From: Chrysemys picta bellii
Lineage: Eukaryota
Assembly (NCBI RefSeq): GCF_011386835.1
Contig: NC_088794.1
Location: 1,240,193 to 1,304,000 of the forward strand
Direction of reading: 5' to 3'
Length of the DNA: 63,808 nt
Position numbers and translations under genes: made by a program. A model generated the notes under the pieces. The model was not told where the DNA came from, did no database searches, and saw nothing but the letters and a program-made list of their open reading frames with translations. Position 1 is the stretch's first letter, and every line of letters starts with the position of its first letter. This document shows, one piece after another, positions 1 to 12,900 of this stretch.

Positions 1-451
1 CATTTAATTTGCCTGATTTTTATACTTTTCCCTCGGAGGAGTCGCCTGCCTGACGAGCGCCCAGTGGGCTCCTGACCTTTACCCAATTGATGCTTTAGGA
101 GGAGACTGCGGAGCGGTGCCAACTGGACCTGCCCCACATTCACTCCGGTATCGCTCATTCCCTGCAGCCCCCGCGCGCTGTCCCTCAAGAGGGTCGAGAA
201 GCCCGGTCAGCCCATGCGCCACTCGGGATGTTCTACACGTGTCGTTTGCTTCCCAGGGGACGGCGTCGCTGACCCGGAGATCAGGATGGATCAGACACGC
301 AGCGTGGAGCCGTCAGCTTCACCTCGGCCGCCTGCCTGACGCCGAGAGAAGGATTCTGCTCCCAGAATCCTCTTCTGCAGTTCAGCCATGTCAAGCCGTG
401 TTCTCCCCATTCATTCAGTAGGGCCACACCAATTCAGCGCCACCCAACTAC

Positions 452-1260
452 CCCCTGCCCCAACGGAACCCCCTCCGATCCCCACGTAACCCCCCTCCGA
501 TCCCCACATAACCCCCCTACCTATCCCCCTACGATCCCCACGGAACCCCCCTACGGACCCCCCCTATGATCCCCACGTAACCCCCTACTTACCTTCCTGA
601 TCCCCATGGAACCCCCCTACAGAACCTCCTACGATCCCCACGGAACCCCCCCTCCGATCCCCACATAACCCCCCTACCTATCCCCCTACGATCCCCACGG
701 AACCCCCCTACGGACCCCCCCTATGATCCCCACGTAACCCCCTACTTACCCCCCTGATCCCCATGGAACCCCCCTACAGAACCTCCTACGATCCCCATGG
801 AACCCCCCTCCGATCCCCACATAACCCCCCTACCGATCCCCCTACGATCCCCATGGAACCCCCCTATGGACCCCCCCTATGATCCCCACGTAACCCCCTA
901 CTTACCTTCCTGATCCCCACGGAACCCCCCTACAGAACCTCCTACGATCCCCACGGAAACCCCATCTGATCCCCACATAACACCCCTACCTATCCCCCTA
1001 CAATCCCCATAGAACCCCCCTACGGACCCCCCATGATCCCCACGTAACCCCCTACTTACCCCCCTGATCCCCACGGAACCCCCCTACAGAACCTCCTACG
1101 ATCCCCACGGAACCCCCTACCTATCCCCCTCAGATCCCCATGGAACCCCCCTACGGAACCCCCTCCAATCCCCATGTAACCCCCCTCCGATCCCCACATA
1201 ACCCCCCTCTGATCCCCGCGTAACTCCCCTACCTAACCCCCTCTGATCCCCACATAGCCC
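452..1260. repeat. C-rich minisatellite built from short CCCCCTAC/GATCCCCAC/GGAACCCC subunits
   Basis: Continuous degenerate repetition of ccccctacgatccccacggaac-type units. Confidence 0.9.
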
Positions 1261-1844
1261 CCCTTGTGGGGAGCCACTGGATGTGCTGGGGTCCCCCCGA
1301 GCCCGCCGGCCCCGACAGCCTGGGTTCCCTGGCACTGGTCTGCTGTGTCAGGCCCTCAAACCCCTTCCCAGCACACACCAGGCCAGGCCAGGCCAGCCCC
1401 AGCTGCAGACACAGACTGAAACCGGCTGTGTAGGCGGATTCAGGGGCTGCCGGGGTCTTGTTCTGGCCCGGGGAGAAGGGGAGGGGAAAGGCTGTTTGGG
1501 GCGGCTCTGGGGCCAGAAGGGCTGGATCTAGCCCACCTACAAGGCCCTAGTGGGGGCAGGAGCGGGGCCGGGGCCTCGGGGAAGGGGGTGGGCGCAAGGA
1601 TGTTCGGTTTTGCGCAGTTAGAAAGTTGGCAGCCCTACGGGGCCCCACCCTGAGCTGGGGGTTTGGGGCTGTGTTTGTTTAATGCTGGGCACGTGTTCGG
1701 TTTGTTAGCGATTCAGGGGCAGCGGCGCACTGCGATCTGCCTGGCCTGGCTCGGCCTTTGCCTTTCACTTTCGGTTTGGGATTTAATTCACTGTCTGGCT
1801 GGGAGCTGGAGGGGAGTTGGGGTGGGGGGGGTCTGCACGGCACC

Positions 1845-1975
1845 CGACATGATGGGGGCCCCGACCCTGATCTGGGGGGGTGTGTCTGCGCAGACCCCAG
1901 CATGATGGGGGCCCCGACCCTGATCTGGGGGGGGGTGTCTGCGCAGACCCCAGCATGATGGGGGCCCCGACCCCT
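1845..1975. repeat. Short tandem repeat of about 53 bp (2.5-3 copies)
   Basis: catgatgggggccccgaccctgatctgggggg...ctgcgcagaccccag repeated. Confidence 0.8.
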
Positions 1976-3927
1976 AATCGGAGGGGCGGGTCTGCTCGGC
2001 ACCTGGTGTGCCGGAGGCCCCGCTCTCGGCGGTCGCTGGGAAGTGCTGCTGTAACAGATAATAATAAAGAGCCGTGTCGGTAACAGCGTTTGGGCTCCGG
2101 ATTTAACTCCCACGCGGCCTTGGCAGCTTTCAAAACCCAAGTCAGCAGAAATCAGCTTCCCTCCTAAACGCGCCACACGTCCTGCTTCTGCTTTCGCTGG
2201 AGATGGGCCGTTTCTACCCCAGGCTTTGGCGGATGGCCTGGTGCTGCCCGTTCTCCTACGTGGCGTTCCTCATTCCCCTCTGGGTTTGGCTTTGGGGCAG
2301 GTCTGTGGACACAGGGACGCAGGCTCTGGACCGGGCGTTGAGGCGAGGGATTTGCAGCCTGGGAACGTCTCAGGCGGGACAGAAGCGAAGGTGTTTGATT
2401 AATTCCCGAGTGACTCGTTTACAGACCTCGGTGCTCCGAAGAACTTTGCAGAATCGTCCCTTCCACGCCAGCAAAGGCGACTCGGCCGAGCCTGAGCTGG
2501 AGGGAGGGAGGGAGAGGGACCCTCCAAAGGACGTGCTGGGTTTAGACGGGCCCGAGACATAGAGCAGGCGATGAAATTCAATTCACAAACGGGAATTTTG
2601 CAAAGATCTGCAGGAGCCCTGAGCGCCGTGTCTAGCACGCCGAACGCAGTCCCGTCTGTCTGTCTCCAGCCGGCTGTCGTCTCTCCTCGTGCTGAGACTG
2701 TACGGTTCTCGGGGCAGGGACGTCTTGTGCAGCCCCTGGCACGACAAGGCCCTGATCCCGGCCGGGGGTCCTGGGGCGCCACTGTGAAGCAAAGAACAAA
2801 TAATAAAAATAGCAGCAAGCCGGGGGTGCGGGTGAGCCGTGTGGATGTAATGCACACCCCCCCCCCAGGGACCGGGGTGCAGCTGCTGGAAAGCAAAACA
2901 AACAGGGCTTCTCCATCTTCTCCTGTATCGATTACCGTTCTCTCACTAGCAGCGGAGTTCGGGCTGGGCCCGGGGCCTGCTCAGAACTGGGCGACAGTTT
3001 TTTGTAGCGGCTTCTTGACCAAAATGACAATTTTTCACCAAATTTAAATATTCCAGTTTATCATTTTAAAAATGGTCAAATTTCCTGTTTTCAATTTAAA
3101 AAACGTTGATTTCTGAGAACAGAAGAAACTCCCGAAGCAGGGCAGGTTCCCGCTGTGGGATGAAAAGCCAGGAAAAGTTTGCAGGAAATTTTTTAAAAAT
3201 TAATTCTCTGTGAGAAGCATGCGGCATTTTCTGTCCCTCTCTGATGAGGGGTGCGCGGCCGGCCAGGGGAACCGGGGCAGCTCCTGGCTCTGACACCCCC
3301 GGGCCCCTGAACCAACCCCACCTGGGCAGGTTTCTAGGTGGGGCAGGAGCGCCGCCAGAACCGACGCCACCACCAGGTGGGCCGAGCTCAGAGCCCCTAA
3401 GAGCCGGGACCCGGCCAGCGCTGACCCATCACCCGCCTCCGGGCCGGGCCTGAACCGAAACAGACCCCAGAGCAGAGAGAAACTCGCTGGGCCAAGAGAC
3501 CCCATAGGGAGCTGGACAGCGACCTCCAGCCTGAAACACACGGGTGACGGGGGGAGCTGTCGTACCCCCGGCGGGTCCCCCAGCTCCCAGCCTGGGGCTC
3601 CCCCGGAGGGATCCTCCGATCTCCCCCCCCAGCCCCAGGGGTCCCGGACCTTCCCGCTGGGATCCCCCCAGCGCACCCCCCCATTGCTCCGCTCTCCCGC
3701 CCCCCCCCGACGGGTCCGCCCCCGGGTCCCTGCCCGGGTCTCTGGGGTGGTGGGTCGGTGGTGCTCGGAGCCCCGAGCGGTGGGTCCCGCCCAGCCCCGT
3801 ATCCTGCCCTTATCTCGCCCGCCCAGCCAGGCCGGCCCCTCCCCTCCCCTCCCCTGCCCGCTGCAGCAGCGAAAGTCACGGGGGCTGGGGCCGCACCGCA
3901 GCGCCCCACACCGCACCGCCCCGCACG

Positions 3928-6900
3928 ATGCCCCTCGCCGTGGCGCCCGGCCTCCTGCTGCTGCTGCTGGCGAGCGGGGCCCGTGAGTAGCCGCCGGGGC
4001 CGCCCCCTGCTCCCCGGCCCCAGACCCTGCCCCAGGGGGGCGGCGTGGGCAGGAAACCCGGCCCCGCGGCCAGCCCGGGCGGTGCCTTGGCGGGATGGGG
4101 GTCCGGGCTGGGCGCAGGGTCCCGCCGGGCCTGGGGGGGGGGGTCTCCGAGCCAGAGGGGCTGGTGGGTGAAAGGGGGGACTGGGAGCCAGGACTCCTGG
4201 GTTCTCTCCCCGGCTCTGGGAGGGGAGTGGGGGCTGGTGGGTCAGAGCAGGAGGGGCTGGGAGCCAGGACTCCTGGGTTCTCTCCCCGGCTCTGGGAGGG
4301 GAGTGGGGGCTGGTGGTTAGAGCAGGGGGGTCTGGGAGCCAGGACTCCTGGGTTCTCTCCCCGGCTCTGGGAGGGCAGTGGGGGGCTGATGGGTGAAAGG
4401 GGGGAGCTGGGAGCCAGGACTCCTGGGTTCTCTCCCACACTGACACACCCCATGGCCAGCCCCCACTACAAACCCACGTCGTGCTCCCTCTAGGCCGCTC
4501 CTGCCCCCCAGCCCCATCGCACCCATCGCCCGCAACCTGCCCTGGGGTTCTGGGGCTAAATTTCAACACCCCCCCCCGCCCCCCACAGGGACCAGCTCAG
4601 CGCTGACGCCAGGGCCCTGGGGCGACCACTGTGGGGCTGGCAAGGGGGGTGTCATGGCCACCGAATTGGTTAATGCTGCTGGGGGGTGCACGGAGCCCTG
4701 ACCAAGTCAGCCCGGAGAGTTGCCCGATTAGTAGGAAGGCGGGTCGGACAGGTGGTGTTGGCTTTGGGGTGGGGGTTGGGTGTGGCGCTGACGTGGGGGT
4801 CAGACACAGGGCAGGGGTCCTGCTCACCACCCCAGCATGGGAGCAGTTGCGGGGAGGGTGGCCCCTGAGGGGAGCTTGAAGTAGGAGACTCAGGCTGTGG
4901 GTACAGAGGGGGTAGGTGGGGGGCTGGGGGCTCAGGCTGGGGGCACAGGGCGGGTAGGGGCTGGGGGCTCAGGCTGGGGGCACAGGGCGGGTAGGGGCTG
5001 GGGGCTCAGGCTGGGGGGCACAGTGCGGGTAGGGGCTGGGGGCTCAGGCTGGGGGCACAGGGCGGGTGGGGGGCTGGGAGTTCAGGCTGGGGGGCACAGT
5101 GCGGGTAGGGGCTGGGGCAGGGGGCTCAGGCTGGGGACACAGGGAGTGAGTGGGGGGCAGGTGGGGCAGGCTGGGGGGCACAGTGTGGGTAGGGGCTGGG
5201 GCAGGGGGCTGAGGCTGGGGGGCACAGGGGGCAGGTGGGGGGCTGGGGGCTCAGGCTGGGGGGCACAGTGCAGGTAGGGGCTGGGGACACTCAGGTGGGG
5301 CAGGCTGGGGGCACGGGATGAGTGGGGGGCAGGTGGGGCAGGCTGGGGGCACAGGGCGGGTAGGTGCTGGGGCAGGGGGCTCAGGCTGGGGGCACAGGGG
5401 GCAGGCTGGGGGCACAGGGCGGGTAGGTGCTGGGGCAGGGGGCTCAGGCTGGGGACACGGGGTGAGTGGGGGGCAGGTGGGGCAGGCTGGGGGCACAGGG
5501 CGGGTAGGGGCTGGGACCGTGACCGGGGTGGTGCTGGGGAACCATGTAACGGCCCCACCACAAGCTGCGCAAACAGGAAGCACGTCGCTTCCTCTGCCTG
5601 AGGCTCGGCGCCGCCTGCCCCCGCGGGAACCCAGCGCCCGGGCCACGTGGGACACGAGGCTGCCACGCCTCGGCCTGGAGCCCCCCCTACTCCCCCAGCA
5701 CTGACTGGCCCTTGCCGAGAGGATGTGGGCTCCCATGGTGCTGGGGCAGGTGGGGGGCTGGGGCAGGAGGCTTAGGCTGGGGGGCACCGGGCGGGTGGGG
5801 GCGGGAGGGGGTCAGTCCCTGGGGGGGGGGAGAGTCTCCCCCCTGGCTGCCCCACCCCTGCCCCCATGCCCCGCAGAGCGGCGAGTAATCCCGTCCGTCT
5901 GTCTGTCTGTGCAGGGGGTGCCCTGATGGTCTCTGTCCCCACTTCCCCGGTGCGGGCCCAGCCGGGCTCCGACCTGCTCCTGGGCTGTCACTTCTCCGTG
6001 GGGGGCACCGTGGACATGGAGGTGCTGGTGGTGCAGTGGAAGGTGGGGAGCCGCCTGGTGGCCGAGTTCGATACCACCCCGTCGTACCCCAGGGCCGGGG
6101 CCAGCCTGTCCCTGGAGGGGCTGCGGGTCGGCAACGCCTCCCTGCTCCTCCCGCGGGTGGGGGGCGCTGACGCCGGGCTCTACACCTGCATTGTCATCCA
6201 CTCCCCGAGCCGGGAGAGTCGGCAGGTGGAGCTGCGCGTGGAAGGTAACTGCAGGATGGGCTGGGGGGGCAGGGTTGGTTGGGGGGCAGGGTCCCAGGGC
6301 AGAGGCCAGAGGGGCCGTGGCTCCAGGGTTGGGTCCGGAGCCACCCTGTGGCCCCAGCACCTCTGGATAGGTCCGTGTTGGGAGCTCCTGCCCACGTGGC
6401 GATCAATGGGGGGAGGGTCCCAGCTGCATTGAGGGATCAGCCCCACTAAGCCACCTCCCCAGCTGCCCCTTCCCCATGGCCCAGCCAAGTCTCCATGGAC
6501 AGCACGATGGGGGCGGTTGGGGGTGGATGTGGTGGGGGGTGGCAGATGGGGTGGGGGGCAGATGAGGGAGGTGTGGGGCGGTTGGGGGCAGCTGAGGGGG
6601 TCTGGACCCCATTGACTCCCCCCTCCCCTTCCCCCCCCCAGCCCCGCCCCGTGTCTCGGTGAGCGGCACCGTGGTGAGGGCCGGCAAGCACAGCCCGGTG
6701 ACCTGCAGCGTGAGCGGCTTCTACCCCGGGAGCGTGAACGTCACGTGGCTGCGGGACAAGCAGGTCCTGGGGGGCTCCGAGACGCCTCCCGCCCAGCTGG
6801 GCCCCGACGGCCTGTACAGCACGACCAGCACCCTCCAGCTGGTGCCCAGCATCTCCCACGCCGACGCCAAGTACTCCTGCCACGTGCAGCACGTCGCCCT

Positions 6901-9900
6901 GGGGGAGCCGATCCAGGAGCCCTTCCGGCTGAGCGTGTTGTGTGAGTCACCCCACAGCACCTCCACCGCACCCCCCACTGCCAGAGCCCCACCCCACTGC
7001 ACCCCATTCCCCCCACAGCACCCCCACAGCACCCCCAACTGCCCATCCCCCGCCAGAGCCCCATCCCCCTCTGCACCCTCACTTCTATATACACCTCCGC
7101 AGCACCCCCCACTGCCAGAGCCCCACCCCACTGCACCCCATTCCCCCCACAGCACCCCCACTTCTATATACACCTCCACAGCAGCCCCCACTGCCAGAGC
7201 CCCACCCCCCACTGCACCCCATCCTCCCCACAGCACCCCCACTTCTATAGACACCTCCGCAGCACCCCCACTGCCAGAGCCCCACCCCACTGCACCCCAT
7301 TCCCCCCACAGAACCCCATCCCCCACAGCACCCCCACTTCTATATACACATCCGCAGCACCCCCAACTGCCAGAGCCCCACCCCCCATTGCACCCCATTC
7401 CCCCCACAGCACCCCATCCCCCACAGCACCCCCACTTCTATATACACATCCGCAGCACCCCCAACTGCCAGAGCCCCACCCCCCATTGCACCCCATTCCC
7501 CACACAGAACTCCATCCCCACAGCACCCCCACGTCTATACACGCTTCCGCAGCACCCCTCAGTGTCCATCCCCCACCAGAGCCCCATCCCGCTGCTGCAC
7601 CCCATCCTCCCCACAGCACCGCGCCCCATACTGCACCCCACAGCACCCCCATCCTCCCCTCAGCAGTGCCTACTCCACTGCCAGAGCCCTGTCCCCAGTG
7701 TAGCTCCCCCTCCCTATACAGCACCCCATTCCCATGCAGCACCCCCTCACTGAGCCCCCCGTGCCACTGGGGGCCCCCTTCCTTCTGCCTGGACCCCACA
7801 GGTGTCTGTTCCCCTGCTCTTACCTAGAGAGCCCCCCTTAACCTGCAGCAAGGGAGGTTTCCGTTGGTGTGACGAACTGGGACTGTTCTTACTGTGGTCT
7901 GTGAATGCTGACAGGGGAGTGTGGCTAGGATAGTCTGCATTGGGGTATGGGAGACTGGCCGAGGGAGAATACCTGAGCATGTAACATGAGAACCCAGGAA
8001 GGGGTTAGAGGCCAGGTGACACCTTTGCCTGGGAGACAGAAAAAAGGCTGTGGGGGGGTTGCTGAAGGGGGAGTTTCAGGAGCTGGCTAGGGACTTGGCT
8101 GGGAGGCAGACGGGGCTCTGACCTCCCAAGGGGGCTGGGGCGATTAACCCCTGGGAGTGTGTGACCAGTGAGAAGGACTGTTGCAGTAACAGGGTCCCCC
8201 GGGGGGATCGCAGCGAGCGGTCCCGGGGCGGAGGAGTCTGCAGCTCGACCCTGGCAGAGAGGTGGTGACCTGAAGAAGGGCTGGCACACTAGGAGTCTCC
8301 CTGGAACGGTGGAAAGCGGAGAGCACAGGCCGGCGAGTGGCCAGCAGGAGGATGGATGCTAAACGCCTTAAGAGCGACCTGGTGGAGCTGTGCAGGCAGA
8401 GGGGGCTGCACGTTGGGAGGTCCACCAAAGAACAGCTCATTGCCCAGCTGGAGGAGAGGGATCGCTTGGATGAACCGAGCCCTGTCCCTGAGGGAAGCCG
8501 CCCGGTGGATGCAGTGTGGGCCCTGGGGCCTGACATGGCTGGGAGGGGTCAGACTGCTGCCAAGGACATCCCGAGACCCTGTCTACCTATACCTAGGGGA
8601 GGGGTTGGGGGAAGCCCAGCGAATACCGAGGGCACCCTGACCCCGGCGGCCAGCAGGGGATCGTCCCGGCGGAGCTCCCTGTCCCGGGAGAAGATGCGGC
8701 TGGAATGCGACAGGGAGATGAGACGGGAAGAGCTTGAGTTAAGGAAGCAAGAACTGAAGCCGGAGCGGGAAGAGAAGGAGAAACAACGTCAGCATGAGCT
8801 AGAACTGGCCAGGCCGAGGAGCAGTGGGGCCCCGGCTGCGGTGAGCGAGGGGGGACCCAAGACTGCAAAGAGCTTTGATAAGTGCTTCCTGGCCCTGCGT
8901 AAGGAGGGGGAGGACATGGATACCTTCCTGACGGCCTTTGAGAATACCTGTGAGCTGCTCCAGGTTGACCCTGCAGACAGGCTCCAGTTTCTCATCCCCT
9001 CACTGGACCCCACAGCCAGGGAGGTGTACAGCCGACTGAAAGGGGCGGAGACAGGGGACTACGAACTGTTCAAAAAGGCCCTGCTCCGCGAGTTCGGGCT
9101 GACCCCTGAGACGTACCGGCAAAGGTTCCGGAATCAGCGTAAAACCCGTGAGGTCACATACCTACAACTAGCCAACCGGGCGCAGGGGTATGCCCGCAAG
9201 TGGACAGCTGGGGCCCAAACTATGGAGGACCTGCTTGACCTATTCGTACTGGAGCACGTGTATGAGCAGTGCCCACCCGACCTGAGGCGATGGTTGATGG
9301 ACCAAAAGCCAGAGAACCCACAGCACACAGGCCAGTTGGCCGACGAGTTTGTGAACAGTCGGGCAGGGGATAACCGGGAGGAGTCCCAAAGGAACCGGCC
9401 CGCCACAACGCAGAGAGAGAGTCACCATGGGACCTCCCAGCGGGGAAATATGGAGAACGCCCACCAAAGGGGAACATCCAGCGTCAGGTCCATCCAACCC
9501 GCTCAAGGGGACCCATGGGACATGGGCTGCTATCACTGTGGCCAAAGGGGCCACATACGGGCCCAGTGCTTCAGGCTCAGGGACAGACTGAGTGGACCCA
9601 ACCCACAGAGGGTTGACTGGGTAGAGACCCAGCCCGGCGAGAGGCAGCATTCCCAGGGAAGGGGGGCTGGCAGTGTACCACCTGCTAAGGACGGCGGAGA
9701 GCTCCAGGACAGCTCCTCTGGGGGGCTGGATGCTCCAGACTCAGGGTTTTTGGTTTATACGGTGGGCGCGGGGCAGTCCCTGCGGAGCGAGTACCTTGTT
9801 CCCCTGGAGGTGGATGGGAGGAAGGTCAATGGATACTGGGATACGGGCGCAGAGGTGACACTGGCCCAGCCCGAGGTGGTGGCCCCAGATCGGGTGGTGC

Positions 9901-12900
9901 CCGACACCTACCTGACCCTGACGGGGGTGGGTAGGACCCCATTCAAGGTGCTTGTGGCGAGGGTATACCTGAAGTGGGGGGCCAAGGAAGGCCCCAAGGA
10001 TGTGGGGGTACACCCGTATTTGCCCACTGAGGTATTGATGGGGGGGGGGGACCTGTAGGACTGGCCAAGCAACCCCCAGGGTGTCCTGGTTGTGACCCAC
10101 AGTCAGAGCTGGCGAGGGGCACTGTGCCCTGGCCTTGGGGAGGGTGCCTTGCCTGAGGCGCAGGACCCTAACCTGGTGGGGAGGGAACGCCCAGGGACAC
10201 GGCTCAGGGAGGCTGCAGCTTCAGACCCAGCGGGCGAGAAAGAGCAGGTGGCCATCCCTGTCCCAGCTGCTGAGTTCCAGGCCGAGTTGCAGAAAGACCC
10301 CTCCTTGCGGAAGATAAGGGACCTGGCCGACCTCAATGCGGTACAGACCATGGGACGAGGTGGCCGGAAAAGGTTCCTGTGGGAGAAGGGGTTCCTGTAC
10401 CGAGAATGGGCTCCCCCAGGGAAAATGGAGTCGGGGGGATCAGGAGGCAGCTGGTGGTTCCCCAGAAGTATCGCCGCCAGCTGCTGTGCCGGGCCCATGA
10501 CATTCCCCTCTCAGGGCACCAGGGAACCTGGCGTACCCAGCAGAGGCTGCTACGGAGCTTTTACTGGCCTGGGGTCTTTGCTACTGTCCGACAGTACTGC
10601 CGATCCTGTGACCCCCTGTCAGAGGGGGAGGAAGGCCTGGGACAAGGGGAAAACGGCTTTAGGACCCTTGCCCAGCATAGAGGAGCCTTTCCGGAGGGTG
10701 GCCAAGGTTAAAAGGGCGGCTCTGAACCAAGAGAGCCCAAAGCACAGACCTCCAGACTGGAGCGCTGGGAGAAGACCACAGCCCAATTGGAACCCCAGAG
10801 GTATGGGGGTGGGAAAAGGGCACAGGCCGCATAAACCTTCCCACATGCGAACTGCGAGTGCCATCAAGCACCCCCGACCTAAGGGGGGGCGTGAAACTGG
10901 AGGGGCTGGGTGTGCAGGGTGTCACAGAGTGTGGGGGACTCAGGGCCCTGTACCCCCGGCTTCCTGCAATTCACCATGACTCTCAGCTGGCCAGTAAAGC
11001 AGAAGGTTTATTTAGACGACAGGAACACAGTCCAAGACAGGTCTTGCAGGCACACACAACAGGACCCCCCAGTTAGGTCCATCTTGGGGTCCCCGGGTGC
11101 CCCAGCCCCCTTGGGAGGTCAGAGCCCCGTCTGCCTCCCAGCCAAGCCCCTAGCCAGCTCCTGAAACTCCCCCTTCAGCAACCCCCCCACAGCCTTTTTT
11201 CTGTCTCCCAGGCAAAGGTGTCACCTGGCCTCTAACCCCTTCCTGGGTTCTCATGTTACATGCTCAGGTATCCTCCCTTGGTCAGTCTCCCATCCCCCCA
11301 TGCAGACTATCCTAGCCACACTCCCCTGTCAGCATTCACAGACCACAGTCAGAACAGTCCCAGTTTGTCACATCTCTCCCCCCTTTGAGACCGAACTGAG
11401 CGGGGTCACTTTAGCCAGTGACCTGGGGAAGTTCAAATCTACCCCCGTTCCCATGGATGCCCCAACATCCCTCCCATTCCTTGATGAGAATTACACCAGG
11501 CCCCTCCAGTGTGTCCCCCCACACTCCGTGACAGTTGGACGTTAGGAAAAAGTTCCTAACTGGTTAAACACTGGAATAAATTGCCTAGGGAGGTTGTGGA
11601 ATCTCCATCTCTGGAGATATTGAAGAGTAGGTTAGATAAATGTCTATCCGGGATGGTCTAGACAGTATTTGGTCCTGCCATGCGGGCAGGGGACTGGACT
11701 CGACGACCTCTCGAGGTCCCTTCCAGTCCTAGAGTCTATGAATCTATGATGGTGTGACGAACTGGGCCTGTTCTCACTGTGGTCTGTGAATGCTGACAGG
11801 GGATAGTCTGCATTGGAGGATGGGATCTGCCCGAGGGCGCATACCTGAGTGTGTAACATGAGAACCCAGGAAGGGGTTGGAGGCCAGGTGACTCCTGAGC
11901 CCGGGAAACTGAACAAAGGCTGGGGGAGGGGTCGCTGAAGGGAGAGTGCTGGAAGCAGGCTGGAGAGATGGCTGGGAGACAGAGATGGCTCTGACCCCCC
12001 CGAAGGGGGGTGGGCTGGAATGCCCTGGGACCCCAAGCTGGACTTAACTGAGGGGGTCCTGCTGTCTGTGCCTGCAAGACCTGTCTTGGACTGTATTCCT
12101 GTCATCCAAATAAACCTTCTGCTTTACTGGCTGGCTGAGAGTCATGGTGAATCGCAGGAAGCCGGGGGTGCAGGGCCCTGAGTCCCCCAATACTCCGTGA
12201 CAGATGGTCCCCTCTGGGGGCCCCAGCCCATGGGGAGGGAGCCCAGCACCCTGACCTTGTCTTCCCACCCGGCAGCCCGGCCCTCCCTGACCCTGCAGAC
12301 GGTGGTGACACCGGCGGGGCTGGGCGCCCTGCAGGTCCAGGTGAGTGGCTACTACCCCCCCAACATCACGGTGGAATGGCTGCGGGACAGGGGGATCCTG
12401 CACAGCATGGAATCACTCCCCACACGGGCACCGGACGGGTCCTTCACCCTCCGCAGTAGCTACATCCTCGACCGCCCAGAGCCCGACACCCGGGTCGCCT
12501 TCACCTGCCGCGTGCAGCACCCGGCGCTGCCCACCCCGCTGGCGCAGAGCGTCACCTGGAAAGGTGAGTGTGACGGGCGGGGGGTGGGGTGGGGGAGTGT
12601 CTTTAACGAAGTGGGGATTTTCCCTTGTTACGTTGTGTTAAGCAAAAAGATTTTTTTTTTTTAAAGAATTAGGTAAGCATAGATGATATTGAAGGGGGGT
12701 TATTTGTGGTATTGGGAAGACTGACAAGCTGCTTCAAAAATATGGTGCCATAGTGGCCAGTTATATACATTCTTTTATTAATTTATTTGCATTTATTTGT
12801 ACATACAGAGACAGACGTTATAAGTCAAGACAGAACCCCAAACAAAGGTAAAAATAAGAACAGTGCGTACATATAGAGGTTATTTTATTTGCATTCAATT

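Noticed and set aside
350-371. 9-bp perfect hairpin AGGATTCTG-CTCC-CAGAATCCT
   Set aside because: Too short to exceed chance in 64 kb; no supporting context
1-420. Possible exon of an upstream gene (open minus-strand frame running off the window; ORF 116-421)
   Set aside because: No recognisable protein motif or convincing splice pair
3200-4569. Long minus-strand ORFs (417 aa, 390 aa)
   Set aside because: They arise from the GC-rich 70-bp repeat and the CpG island; low complexity, antisense to the real first exon
6942-7753. Pro/His/Thr-rich continuation of ORF 6659-7753 as a mucin-like stalk
   Set aside because: It starts at a consensus donor (GTGAGT, 6942) and is an intronic minisatellite
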